From: a virus
Virus record (IMG/VR): IMGVR_UViG_3300032893_000031
Span: 8,552 to 72,551 of that record
Reading direction: 5' to 3' (one strand)
DNA length: 64,000 nt
Shown: positions 53,750 through 61,429 of the stretch, in pieces
Layout: every line of letters begins with the position of its first letter
Numbering within the stretch: position 1 is the stretch's first letter
Made by a program: the position numbers and the translations under genes
Notes under the pieces: model-generated
What the model saw: only the letters and a program-made list of their open reading frames with translations
What the model was told of the DNA's origin: nothing
Database searches by the model: none

Positions 53750-54529
53750 ATGAGCCGCGGCGGCGCCATCGGAACACCCTGCACGCTCCACCGAGTTCCG
53801 GCAAAGTGGTTCCGACCCCGCCCCCGTGACAAATACCGCGCCAAGCTTATGCGCCGGCAGATCGCCAGAGATGCCCTCCCCGGCAACTCCCAATACATCA
53901 TTTTCTCGAAGTCCACGCCCGATAACCGCATTCTCGCGCAGCCGCCGATGGTAATCGACGGACACCAGATACCTCCCTCTGGTCCGGGCCTGACCGCCCG
54001 GGCTCCACTCGTAGCGTCAAACGAGAGTAGGCCCCAACGTGGTGTTGGCCAGCCGAACAGTCCAGCGCGAGACGCGACTGCGGTGTTTCCGACCGGGACA
54101 GCCCAGCCCTGTTTGGCCAACGGCAGCACGTAAAGGCCAGTCGCCCGGCAGGCATTACCGCCCCCGGCAGGCTCTGAGGCAACCGCCAGCAGTTGGACGA
54201 TCTCCAACCGGCGCCGCAGACCCATTTGGACTTCCTGTGCCTAGACAAAACCAGCCCAATCCATACTCAACTTCAACTCGGTTCCAGTCTCAGGTTTGGT
54301 GAATCGCCAACCCGGAAACTTCCCAAAAACCCAGGATTTCAAAAGGCACCCCTTGCGCTCGACGCGGGTGCCGAAAGGGGGCCGCCGGGGTCCTCGTCCG
54401 GGTCCTGGGCCGCGAAAAGAATTCTTACCGCCGGCCAGGCGCCGGGAGCCACCGTCGCGGCCGGCTCGTGACAGGATGGCTCAGCCCGGAAGTGTGACAC
54501 GCACGATTTCTGTAGAAATGGTGTGCGGT

Positions 54530-55090
54530 TTAGTCCTGCCCCTCGCGGATGGGCGGAACCTGGATCGGCTCGGGCGCGGGGGCTGGCGGTGGAAGCTGCG
54601 CTGGTGCTGGGGCCGGCGTGACCACGGCTTGGATCGGGCGGGCGAACATCCCGGCAGACCATGCGCCCGCGGGTGCGAGTTGCTGCGGAGGCTTCGTCGG
54701 GCCGGGATCGGAGATGCCGAGCAGCTTGCGCTGACGGTCGAGGAGCACGTCCAGGGACTTCAGGAGCTGCGCGCGGTGATGGGGCTCAAGCGCCGTCCGG
54801 CCGCAGTGGGGGCAGGTGCCGGCGTCATCCGATAAAACGGCGCGGGTGCGTGCTATCTGCTCCTTCACGAGCCTCATTTGCACTCGGATTGCGGTTTCTG
54901 CCGTTGTTGGGGAATCTGGCGTCTGCGCTTCCCGTGCGGCTTTGCGCAGTTCGGCTTTAAGCCGGCGGCTTTTGACGGAGGCGAGGCCGCCAAGCTTCGA
55001 GAACTGGTGTCCGGGTTGGAAGGGGCGGCCGCGCGGTTTGGGCTTTGGGGCGGCTGGTGGGGCTGGCGCCGGGGTTGCGGCAGTGACCAT
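54530..55090 (-). CDS. DUF5681-like basic protein (possible DNA-binding / small-terminase-like)
   Basis: 186 aa. KPRGRPFQPGHQFSKLGG resembles the GRPf.kGqSGNP motif of DUF5681 phage proteins. Pro/Ala-rich ends. Confidence 0.4.
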   Translation of the reverse strand: MVTAATPAPAPPAAPKPKPRGRPFQPGHQFSKLGGLASVKSRRLKAELRKAAREAQTPDSPTTAETAIRVQMRLVKEQIARTRAVLSDDAGTCPHCGRTALEPHHRAQLLKSLDVLLDRQRKLLGISDPGPTKPPQQLAPAGAWSAGMFARPIQAVVTPAPAPAQLPPPAPAPEPIQVPPIREGQD

Positions 55091-55097
55091 GCCTCAC

Positions 55098-55165
55098 GTT
55101 GACTCTCGCCGCGGTTGCCGTCAAGCCCTGATTTTGTGTCAACCTGGTTGCCGGTGGAGGTTGAC
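55098..55165. promoter_or_regulatory. operator-like inverted repeats in the divergent control region
   Basis: First pair: GTTGAC (55098-55103), 16 nt, GTCAAG (55120-55125). Second pair: GTCAAC (55138-55143), 16 nt, GTTGAC (55160-55165). Each spacer contains GGTTGCCG. Confidence 0.4.
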
Positions 55166-55299
55166 GGTTACAAAGCAGCAACGATGCCAATCGGGCCGGA
55201 GAGCGTGAAATAAATCCTGATGAAAAGAGCGAAAGTTGTTGCAATGCTGTAACGGCTGGCCGATGCTCTACTTGTGATTCGGCATATTGAAACAGTTTT

Positions 55300-55369
55300 C
55301 CCCGCGGCTGGCGCCTCTCTGGCGCGTGTTGCGCCGGCCGAATCACACGCTGGCCGCGGGGATTTTTCT
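55300..55369 (+). terminator. Y-shaped GC-rich hairpin plus U-tract (leader terminator/attenuator candidate)
   Basis: CCCCGCGGCTGGCG (55300-55313) pairs with CGCTGGCCGCGGGG (55348-55361), with two G-U pairs and an inner GGCGC/GCGCC hairpin. Followed by ATTTTTCT, 12 nt before ATG 55382. Confidence 0.35.
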
Positions 55370-55381
55370 ACAGGATCGACG

Positions 55382-55555
55382 ATGAAAAACGACAAGCATA
55401 TAGGCGGTTCAGTGGTTCGGAAGAATGCGACCCACAAAGGCATGTGGGACATTATGGAAACCAGGGCTGGAATGCTCACCGGCAAGGCCAGCTTCACCGG
55501 CACCATGAAAGAAGTTCGGGCTGCTATCCGTCTCGGAAATCGGCTGGCTCGCTAA
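55382..55555 (+). CDS. hypothetical protein, 57 aa
   Basis: ORF 55274-55555 trimmed to ATG 55382. The upstream part has low third-position GC and contains the hairpin. GTG 55274 is an alternative start. Confidence 0.4.
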   Translation: MKNDKHIGGSVVRKNATHKGMWDIMETRAGMLTGKASFTGTMKEVRAAIRLGNRLAR

Positions 55556-55567
55556 CCCTCCATCACT

Positions 55568-55900
55568 ATGACGACAAAACACACTCCCGGGCCGTGGACA
55601 TTGGCCGGGAAAGTTAATCACGAGACCCACCCAAAGATGGCCGATTGGCGACAGGACGTGCTTGGGCCGCCAGATGCGAGCCGCGGCGATTCCTGTCTGG
55701 TCGTGGCGACGATCATGAATCGGGATTGCCCGCGGGGCGAAGCCAATGCCCGCCTAATCGCCGCGGCGCCCGAGCTGATCGGCTTACTGAGCGACGCGGC
55801 GAAGATGTTGGACCATCTCACCGGCCAGAACCTTGAAGCCTATGCGCGGGCATTTGCGGCTCTGGCTGTCAAAGCCGTGAAGAAAGCGGGGGCAGCATGA
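55568..55900 (+). CDS. hypothetical phage protein, 110 aa
   Basis: HTPGPW ... EANARLIAAAPELIGLL is a motif pair common in small phage proteins of unknown function. Confidence 0.55.
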   Translation: MTTKHTPGPWTLAGKVNHETHPKMADWRQDVLGPPDASRGDSCLVVATIMNRDCPRGEANARLIAAAPELIGLLSDAAKMLDHLTGQNLEAYARAFAALAVKAVKKAGAA

Positions 55901-56121
55901 CACCACTCGAAGCTCTAAATCTCTTGACTGACGTGCAGCAAGACTATGCCGCGATGGTCCGGGAGTTGAACCGACACAAGAAACTCGCGAACCCGGTTGA
56001 TCCGTGGTCGCTGCCACTAATGGAACGCATGACCAAGGCTCGGTGCGATCTTGCAATGGCTGCTGGCTGCAACTTCGTGCGCAACCCGGAGAGAGCCATC
56101 CAGAAAGCGAGGGGGCAATGA
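55897..56121 (+). CDS. hypothetical protein, 74 aa
   Basis: ORF track; ATGA overlaps. Confidence 0.5.
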   Translation: MTPLEALNLLTDVQQDYAAMVRELNRHKKLANPVDPWSLPLMERMTKARCDLAMAAGCNFVRNPERAIQKARGQ

Positions 56122-56363
56122 GCAAGTGGGACATTCTGCCGAGCGATCACCCAACGGTGATTCGTAGGCTTGTGAAAGAGTTAAACCATCGGCCCGCCGG
56201 GTTCTACTTCAACGGCGGACGATTCAATCAGGCTCGCTTTCACAAGGGCCGGTTGGAAATCCGCATGGGGCATGACCACTGGACTGTGGCCGGTTTTGAA
56301 TCAGTGTTCGGTGATGGCAACGGCGGCACGATTTGCGCGTCTCGCACCCGCTGCGGCTACTGA
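56118..56363 (+). CDS. hypothetical protein, 81 aa
   Basis: ORF 56004-56363 trimmed to ATG 56118 (ATGA overlap). Confidence 0.5.
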   Translation: MSKWDILPSDHPTVIRRLVKELNHRPAGFYFNGGRFNQARFHKGRLEIRMGHDHWTVAGFESVFGDGNGGTICASRTRCGY

Positions 56364-56364
56364 T

Positions 56365-56559
56365 ATGAATGAAGCCTTTACGCTTGTTACCGTTTCAGTG
56401 CGGATTAGCTGCGATGGACGCGGGCTGACCAAAGCCGAGATTAAAGCCAAGTGCGCGAAGCTGGCAAAGGTCGCTGTGGGCCGTTCTCGCACGCGATATG
56501 CAAGCGCCGTATGTGAGGATATGGAGGAGATAACTGACAACAGGCCGCAACGGCGCTAG
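56365..56559 (+). CDS. hypothetical protein, 64 aa
   Basis: ORF 56272-56559 trimmed to ATG 56365, 2 nt after the previous stop. Confidence 0.45.
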   Translation: MNEAFTLVTVSVRISCDGRGLTKAEIKAKCAKLAKVAVGRSRTRYASAVCEDMEEITDNRPQRR

Positions 56560-56678
56560 ATGTTCAGACACCACGGGGACAAGCGCCCCGTGAGGTCTGG
56601 ACAGAAACCAGAGCCCGGCGACGGGTAAAACAACAACCGGGGCGAGAACCAGCCCCACAACGAAAGAAATAAAACGGT

Positions 56679-57437
56679 ATGAAAATGAGCAAACGAGCAG
56701 AATCCGCACTCCTTAACACCTATCGCGTAATCGCGGCCAATCAACCGGCCTTGCATGGCCTGGTGCAGTTCGCCGCGCAGAACCCCGGCCTTGACGCCCG
56801 AAACTACGTGACGGCTCACAGCCACGACGCGGACGGCTGGCGGGCTTATCGGCAGGAGGCCCGCGCCATCAATCAGGATTGGCAGCACTTCAAGACCGCG
56901 CTGGCGATTGCGGCCCAAGAGGGCGTTACGGACAAGGAAATCATCGAGGCCGCGCCACGGGCGTACAGTGGGCGGCTGACTTGGATCAGCAAGGACTTTT
57001 TGCGCGAGAAGCACGGTTTGAATGCGGATTATACCCCTCGCTGGGATTACACGCCCGGCCAATACTTCCCCACTGAATACCGCAAGGCGGCTTGCGCTGT
57101 CCTTGAAGCGGCAACGCGGGCGATCCGGCAGTCCCGGCCGCCAACGGTTGCCAACGTCGAAACCATCGCGCAGCTAAAGGCGCTGAACGAGAAGAACGGC
57201 GGGTGCTGGTTCGGGGCGTCTGAAATGCGCTTCTTTGGAACCCGGATTGAAAGCGGGATCATTCGCGGGCGATTCTTCATCACCAGCGAGCAGCGAGAGA
57301 GCGACACCCCGCGCAAGTTCAGTGTTCGGTCTTTCGATGCCCAAGGCGACGTTGACACCGTGGGCGAGTTCCACGCCTACGGCACCAAGGACGAGGCTAT
57401 CGCCGCCATCCCAACCGAGGAGCCCGTAGCCGCCTAA
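56679..57437 (+). CDS. hypothetical protein, 252 aa
   Basis: ORF track; no domain recognised. Confidence 0.5.
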   Translation: MKMSKRAESALLNTYRVIAANQPALHGLVQFAAQNPGLDARNYVTAHSHDADGWRAYRQEARAINQDWQHFKTALAIAAQEGVTDKEIIEAAPRAYSGRLTWISKDFLREKHGLNADYTPRWDYTPGQYFPTEYRKAACAVLEAATRAIRQSRPPTVANVETIAQLKALNEKNGGCWFGASEMRFFGTRIESGIIRGRFFITSEQRESDTPRKFSVRSFDAQGDVDTVGEFHAYGTKDEAIAAIPTEEPVAA

Positions 57438-57515
57438 AGCGCCGTCCTCCGCTGTCTGGCCCTGGCAATGTCGGGGCCAGCAAGCGGCGGATGCCGCGAA
57501 ACAACAGGATTGAAT

Positions 57516-57725
57516 ATGCGCAACGTAAACAGAATAGACTGGATTGAAAGCTATCGGCGTGCGCGCCGCGTCGCTTGGGAGAAGCTCTGCGGCTCCCGCC
57601 CGGGCACGGGTGGTTACGCCCTGCCCTATGAAGACCCGAGGCACGATACGCACGCCCGGATCATGGCCAAACTGATTAGCGGCGTGCGGCGTGCCATTGA
57701 CCGCGCCAATGCCAAGGCCGCCTAA
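57516..57725 (+). CDS. hypothetical protein, 69 aa
   Basis: ORF 57468-57725 trimmed to ATG 57516. Confidence 0.4.
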   Translation: MRNVNRIDWIESYRRARRVAWEKLCGSRPGTGGYALPYEDPRHDTHARIMAKLISGVRRAIDRANAKAA

Positions 57726-57743
57726 CCCACACCGGAGAAAGCT

Positions 57744-58004
57744 ATGAGCAACCACAATGGAGAAACCCCAGCCTTTCCCCAGCCAATGGCCGCCATGCCG
57801 GACGGCACGATGTATGTGACTGCCGAAAAGCATTGCGACTGGGCCGGCCTATCGAAGCGCGAGGAGTTCGCCAAGGCGGCGCTAATCGGCATCCTGGCCG
57901 GCAGGTCCGAGGACTTTTCAGAAGTGCTTTGCGCCAAGTCCGCCATCGAGTGCGCCGACGCGCTTCTGGCCGCGCTGGCCCAACACCCCAACAATCAGGG
58001 TTGA
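57744..58004 (+). CDS. hypothetical phage protein, 86 aa
   Basis: GLSKREEFAKAALIGILAG is a pattern frequent in small phage proteins. Confidence 0.5.
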   Translation: MSNHNGETPAFPQPMAAMPDGTMYVTAEKHCDWAGLSKREEFAKAALIGILAGRSEDFSEVLCAKSAIECADALLAALAQHPNNQG

Positions 58005-58131
58005 CATGCTCCCGCGATGGAATAGGTTGGCGGTGCGATGCAGTTTGACGGAAAAATCTCCTCGCTCCTTGGCGCAATTTGGGCGCAAAGCCCGAACTGC
58101 ATCGCAGCCTTGGGGCGAGGTTTTTTCGTTT

Positions 58132-58671
58132 ATGCCGGACTCGAAAACCCAAAGCGCCTATAAGCGGTACCTGCGTTCTGCCCATTGGAAAAAGCTGCGT
58201 TCTGAAAAACTAAAGGCTTGCGGCGAGCGGTGCAATCGCTGCGGTTCTGCGGAGGAGATAAACGTCCACCATCTGCGCTATCGGCTATGGTTTGACTGCA
58301 CCCAAGACGATTTAGAAGTCCTATGCCATGAGTGCCATGCGGCAGAGCATGGACGAAGAACGCCACGCCCGAAGAAGCGGGCCGGGTTGAAACTGGCCAT
58401 AGCCTACGCGGACTCCGCGCCGCCCAATCGGTTTATGAATAAGCCGCTTAGTCGGCTGCTGAATGGCTGTCTGTTTCTTCAACGGTTCAACGGTCGGCGC
58501 CCGTTCTATTTGAGCGTAAGGGCGGCGGGCAAGATCGCGGGACTCGATAACCCATTTCATGCCGCCGCCTATCTCCGAGAGCTGCAGCGGATCAAGTGGC
58601 TGACGCTTATCCGAAAAGGCGCATCCGAGGGCAGACAGGCCAGCGTATGGAAGATCCAAAAACCACAATGA
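58132..58671 (+). CDS. HNH-motif protein
   Basis: ORF 58006-58671 trimmed to ATG 58132. CNRCGS..INVHHLRY....DLEVLCHECHAAEH is an HNH (CxxC..HH..CxxCH) signature. Confidence 0.6.
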   Translation: MPDSKTQSAYKRYLRSAHWKKLRSEKLKACGERCNRCGSAEEINVHHLRYRLWFDCTQDDLEVLCHECHAAEHGRRTPRPKKRAGLKLAIAYADSAPPNRFMNKPLSRLLNGCLFLQRFNGRRPFYLSVRAAGKIAGLDNPFHAAAYLRELQRIKWLTLIRKGASEGRQASVWKIQKPQ

Positions 58672-58731
58672 ACGCTTTTAGACGGTTGTGCGGCAACGAA
58701 TCTATTGCGGTGACTGCCCCGCACCGGCCAT

Positions 58732-59046
58732 GTGGAACCGGCAGCGCAGCCTCCACTCCAGAGCGCGAACCTGGGGAATGTAATCACAGTGGGCAAAGCG
58801 CGGGCGATAGCGACCGTGCAGCCGTCTAATCCATCTCCAATGAAATCCAACCGTGAAATCCTGGGCGAGTGGGTTGCGCATCGGCAGGACATTCTCCTGG
58901 CCGTGGTGCGGGCCGCTCAGCGCAGCTTCAACTACCGGATGGACCTTGCCGATCCGTGGCTCAAAGGCGCGTGGCAGTCCTGGCAAGCCGAGTGCGCGGC
59001 CATTGATGAGCTTTACGGGTTCCACACGATTTACTTCGACATCTGA
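58732..59046 (+). CDS. hypothetical protein (start uncertain)
   Basis: ORF track. ATG 58839 (68 aa) is an alternative start. A competing 53-aa ORF at 58668-58829 is coupled by ATGA to the HNH gene. Confidence 0.4.
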   Translation: MEPAAQPPLQSANLGNVITVGKARAIATVQPSNPSPMKSNREILGEWVAHRQDILLAVVRAAQRSFNYRMDLADPWLKGAWQSWQAECAAIDELYGFHTIYFDI

Positions 59047-59049
59047 CCC

Positions 59050-59697
59050 ATGAAAGCCCCAAAACCCAATATGACCGACCGCGAGCGGATTCTAACCCAC
59101 CTTGCTTGCGAGGCGGCAAGTGCGACCATCCTCGGAGGCATCGGAGATTTGCGCGAGCGAAAACCGCAGTGGCGACCGTCGGAGCCGGGTGAGCCGATGG
59201 CGGGACAACTCGTCAGAGCGTCAACATCCTGGTGGCGGTTGGACCAATACGCGATTGCGTGGTGTGTCGGGCGCGGTGATCCTGGCGCGAAGTATAACGA
59301 ACGCGACACACCAAAAATCCGGGCGATAGGCGAAGAATACTGGATTTGGTTTTTCAACGAGTCCTTCGACATCTACAACGGGGACACCAGCAGCCCGGTG
59401 TTTTTTGAGGGCTGGCACCGCGAGTATTTTGACAAGGTTCTGCGGGCAATGCCTAAAGCCGGGGATGGCTGGCGCTACAGGTTCGGCGGGATAAAGCTCA
59501 ACGGCACCGCGGCGACTCTGACCGTGCGCCCGCACATCTGGTTTGCCAAGGAGGTTCACGGCGATAAGGGCGACGAGCCGTTCACCATCGAGTTGCCAAT
59601 GTCCAAGAATGTCCGCCAGCGGGAACTTGTTGAAAGCCTGAAAGCTGGCGGGTTCGGAACGAAGTGGAATAAACCATTAACGAAAGGAACAGAATGA
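59050..59697 (+). CDS. hypothetical protein, 215 aa
   Basis: ORF track; ATGA overlap with the next gene. Confidence 0.5.
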   Translation: MKAPKPNMTDRERILTHLACEAASATILGGIGDLRERKPQWRPSEPGEPMAGQLVRASTSWWRLDQYAIAWCVGRGDPGAKYNERDTPKIRAIGEEYWIWFFNESFDIYNGDTSSPVFFEGWHREYFDKVLRAMPKAGDGWRYRFGGIKLNGTAATLTVRPHIWFAKEVHGDKGDEPFTIELPMSKNVRQRELVESLKAGGFGTKWNKPLTKGTE

Positions 59698-60041
59698 ACA
59701 CTGAACCGTATCCACCCATGCCCAACATCCCGCCGATAACCACCCGGCTTAATCCACCGCCACATTTGGTGATCGAACCGAAGGGCGAGCGGCCATCAAA
59801 CGATGCTCACCCACGGGCTGCTGAGATTGACGCAGCTATTCACGCCGGGGCGCTGCTTCACCCAGCCTGCCGTCGCATCGAGATTGCCGAGGCCGTGATG
59901 TTCTCCGAGCCCGTCAGAGTCGAGACGAGCCGGGAGCGGGCGCTGGAACTGGCCTGCCTGCAAGCCTGGAACGCTCTGGAATTGGGCTATCAGCACATGG
60001 CTAAGGCCGTGCTGCGACGGGCGTTGAAGGGGGAATTGTGA
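59694..60041 (+). CDS. hypothetical protein, 115 aa
   Basis: ORF track; coupled on both sides. Confidence 0.5.
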   Translation: MNTEPYPPMPNIPPITTRLNPPPHLVIEPKGERPSNDAHPRAAEIDAAIHAGALLHPACRRIEIAEAVMFSEPVRVETSRERALELACLQAWNALELGYQHMAKAVLRRALKGEL

Positions 60042-60451
60042 GCAGGCGATATAGGCATTACTCGTGCCGATACTGGCGGAACGAGGATAAGGGGAGGGAG
60101 TTTTTTCGCATACCGCTTGTTTGGCATCGAGTGACCAGAACCGAGTTTCCGCTCGGATCAACCCCGTCGCAAACCCATGTCCTGCTGATTACGGATGTGA
60201 TGGGTTGTGGCCATATCGTCGCAAGTCCTATGGTGGCAAAGCGGGGGTCTCCGTATCGCGGACACGCCAAGCGGTGGGAGCGGTTTTGCGACGACCTATA
60301 CGCCTGTTGGTGGGCTTATTTGCCTTGCGCCCTTCCTCCGCGGTTCCCGTATAAAAAATTGTATGCCGAGGCGGAGCTTGCTATCGGATACAGACGATGG
60401 AAAATCCACGAAAGCGCCGTCATGGATGAAGTTTCCGAGACGCGTCAATAA
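60038..60451 (+). CDS. hypothetical protein, 137 aa
   Basis: ORF track; GTGA overlap with the previous stop. Confidence 0.5.
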   Translation: MSRRYRHYSCRYWRNEDKGREFFRIPLVWHRVTRTEFPLGSTPSQTHVLLITDVMGCGHIVASPMVAKRGSPYRGHAKRWERFCDDLYACWWAYLPCALPPRFPYKKLYAEAELAIGYRRWKIHESAVMDEVSETRQ

Positions 60452-60453
60452 CT

Positions 60454-60624
60454 ATGAACCCCACCCCAGCCCTAATCCAATCCGGCGCCCATCGCCGTCG
60501 CCTGGCCGAAGCCTGGAAGCTTTACGAGGTCATAGACTGGTCCAAGTCCAACACCCAGATCGCCCGCGAGTTGCTGCTGTCCAGGCCGGCGGTGAGCAGG
60601 GCGAGGAAACGGAGGAGATTATGA
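60454..60624 (+). CDS. small HTH-like protein, 56 aa (below ORF-track cutoff)
   Basis: Hand translation gives MNPTPALIQSGAHRRRLAEAWKLYEVIDWSKSNTQIARELLLSRPAVSRARKRRRL. NTQIARELLLSRPAVSRA is HTH-like. Its stop overlaps ATG 60621. Confidence 0.4.
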   Translation: MNPTPALIQSGAHRRRLAEAWKLYEVIDWSKSNTQIARELLLSRPAVSRARKRRRL

Positions 60625-61130
60625 GCGAACCCCAATGGCCAACCGTGCCGGCAATGACTGGGCTCGGCGGTGACATAAACCAGCAATGGCATGTTGCGAT
60701 TAACGAATACGTGCTGCCTCTCAACAAGCCCGGAGGGCGCCCGAAGTGGGACGAAACTCGCTTCATGTACGACGCCAAGACCGACAGCCAAGAGGTTCCG
60801 CGATTGGCCTACCTGTTCAAGCAAGAGCGGACTGGAAAACTCCGCAAGGTGCACCAGCAATGCAGCCATAGCCGCCCCGAGGCCGTGCCGGATAATCACC
60901 TAACTTGCTGCCTCGGTGTGAAGTGTTCGGAGTGCCCGCACCTGAAAGGACTGGACGCCGCTAAAGTGTCGCCAGAAATGCGCGACTGGTTCAAAGCTTG
61001 GACGCGTGCAACCCACATCATCTCCAAGGGCGGAGACATGGCCGGTGAGGGCTACATTCTCACCGTTGACGACCGCATGTATTGGGACACAGTTTACAGC
61101 CATCTTGCGGCCAATCCAGATGAACTATGA
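60621..61130 (+). CDS. hypothetical Cys-containing protein, 169 aa
   Basis: ORF 60207-61130 trimmed to ATG 60621 (ATGA overlap). Confidence 0.5.
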   Translation: MSEPQWPTVPAMTGLGGDINQQWHVAINEYVLPLNKPGGRPKWDETRFMYDAKTDSQEVPRLAYLFKQERTGKLRKVHQQCSHSRPEAVPDNHLTCCLGVKCSECPHLKGLDAAKVSPEMRDWFKAWTRATHIISKGGDMAGEGYILTVDDRMYWDTVYSHLAANPDEL

Positions 61131-61217
61131 CTTCCGCCGCCCCGTTCGCGCCTAGTGCGTGCCCCTCGATGTGCGGGGGGCAACACCGATCCTGTCGGGC
61201 GGGGCGGCGATTCTCTC

Positions 61218-61247
61218 TGGAAATGAACCGGAAATGAGTTGGAAATG
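61218..61247 (+). repeat. three direct GGAAATGA repeats at 11-bp spacing (iteron-like)
   Basis: GGAAATGA occurs at 61218-61225, 61229-61236 and 61240-61247, about 200 nt upstream of the replication-organiser gene. Confidence 0.5.
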
Positions 61248-61299
61248 AACCCAAAACCAATTCCCCTTTGACATGCCCGTGAGTCGCCCAAAAAATATG

Positions 61300-61328
61300 T
61301 TGACGGGGTGGGGTGAAGGCCCTATGGT
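61300..61328 (+). promoter_or_regulatory. sigma70-like promoter candidate
   Basis: TTGACG (61300-61305), 17 nt, TATGGT (61323-61328). A second TTGACA lies at 61268-61273. Confidence 0.4.
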
Positions 61329-61336
61329 GGGGGCGT

Positions 61337-61429
61337 GAAGTTGCATCGTAGAAAATCCAATGCTGCCGCCGGTTGCCGTTCCCGCCTGGGATGCGACTTC
61401 ACAAGGCTGGCGGTAGCATTGGCTTTTTT
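61337..61429 (+). ncRNA. structured leader / short terminated transcript candidate (interleaved stems plus U-tract)
   Basis: Stem A: 61337-61347 pairs with 61390-61400 (11 bp, one G-U). Stem B: 61357-61370 pairs with 61409-61422 (14 bp, one G-U), followed by TTTTTT 61424-61429. GTG 61441 follows. Confidence 0.35.

Noticed and set aside
53608-54225. 205-aa minus-strand ORF and the plus-strand ORFs 53750-54133 and 54193-54471 as genes
   Set aside because: They are not listed as features. The minus-strand ORF and 53750-54133 share wobble positions, so GC3 cannot discriminate between them. The products are Trp/Arg/Gly/Pro-rich with no recognisable motif, apart from a weak HTH-like stretch (SLAICRRISLARYL). 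They remain unresolved and are discussed in the findings.
56565-56599. Strong hairpin CAGAC-CACGGGG..CCCCGTG-GTCTG as an intrinsic terminator
   Set aside because: It is not followed by a U-tract on either strand. It may be an RNA processing or stability element, but there is no basis for calling a terminator.
61218-61247. Mini CRISPR array
   Set aside because: The repeats are only 8 nt with 3-nt spacers. This fits iterons or binding sites, not CRISPR.
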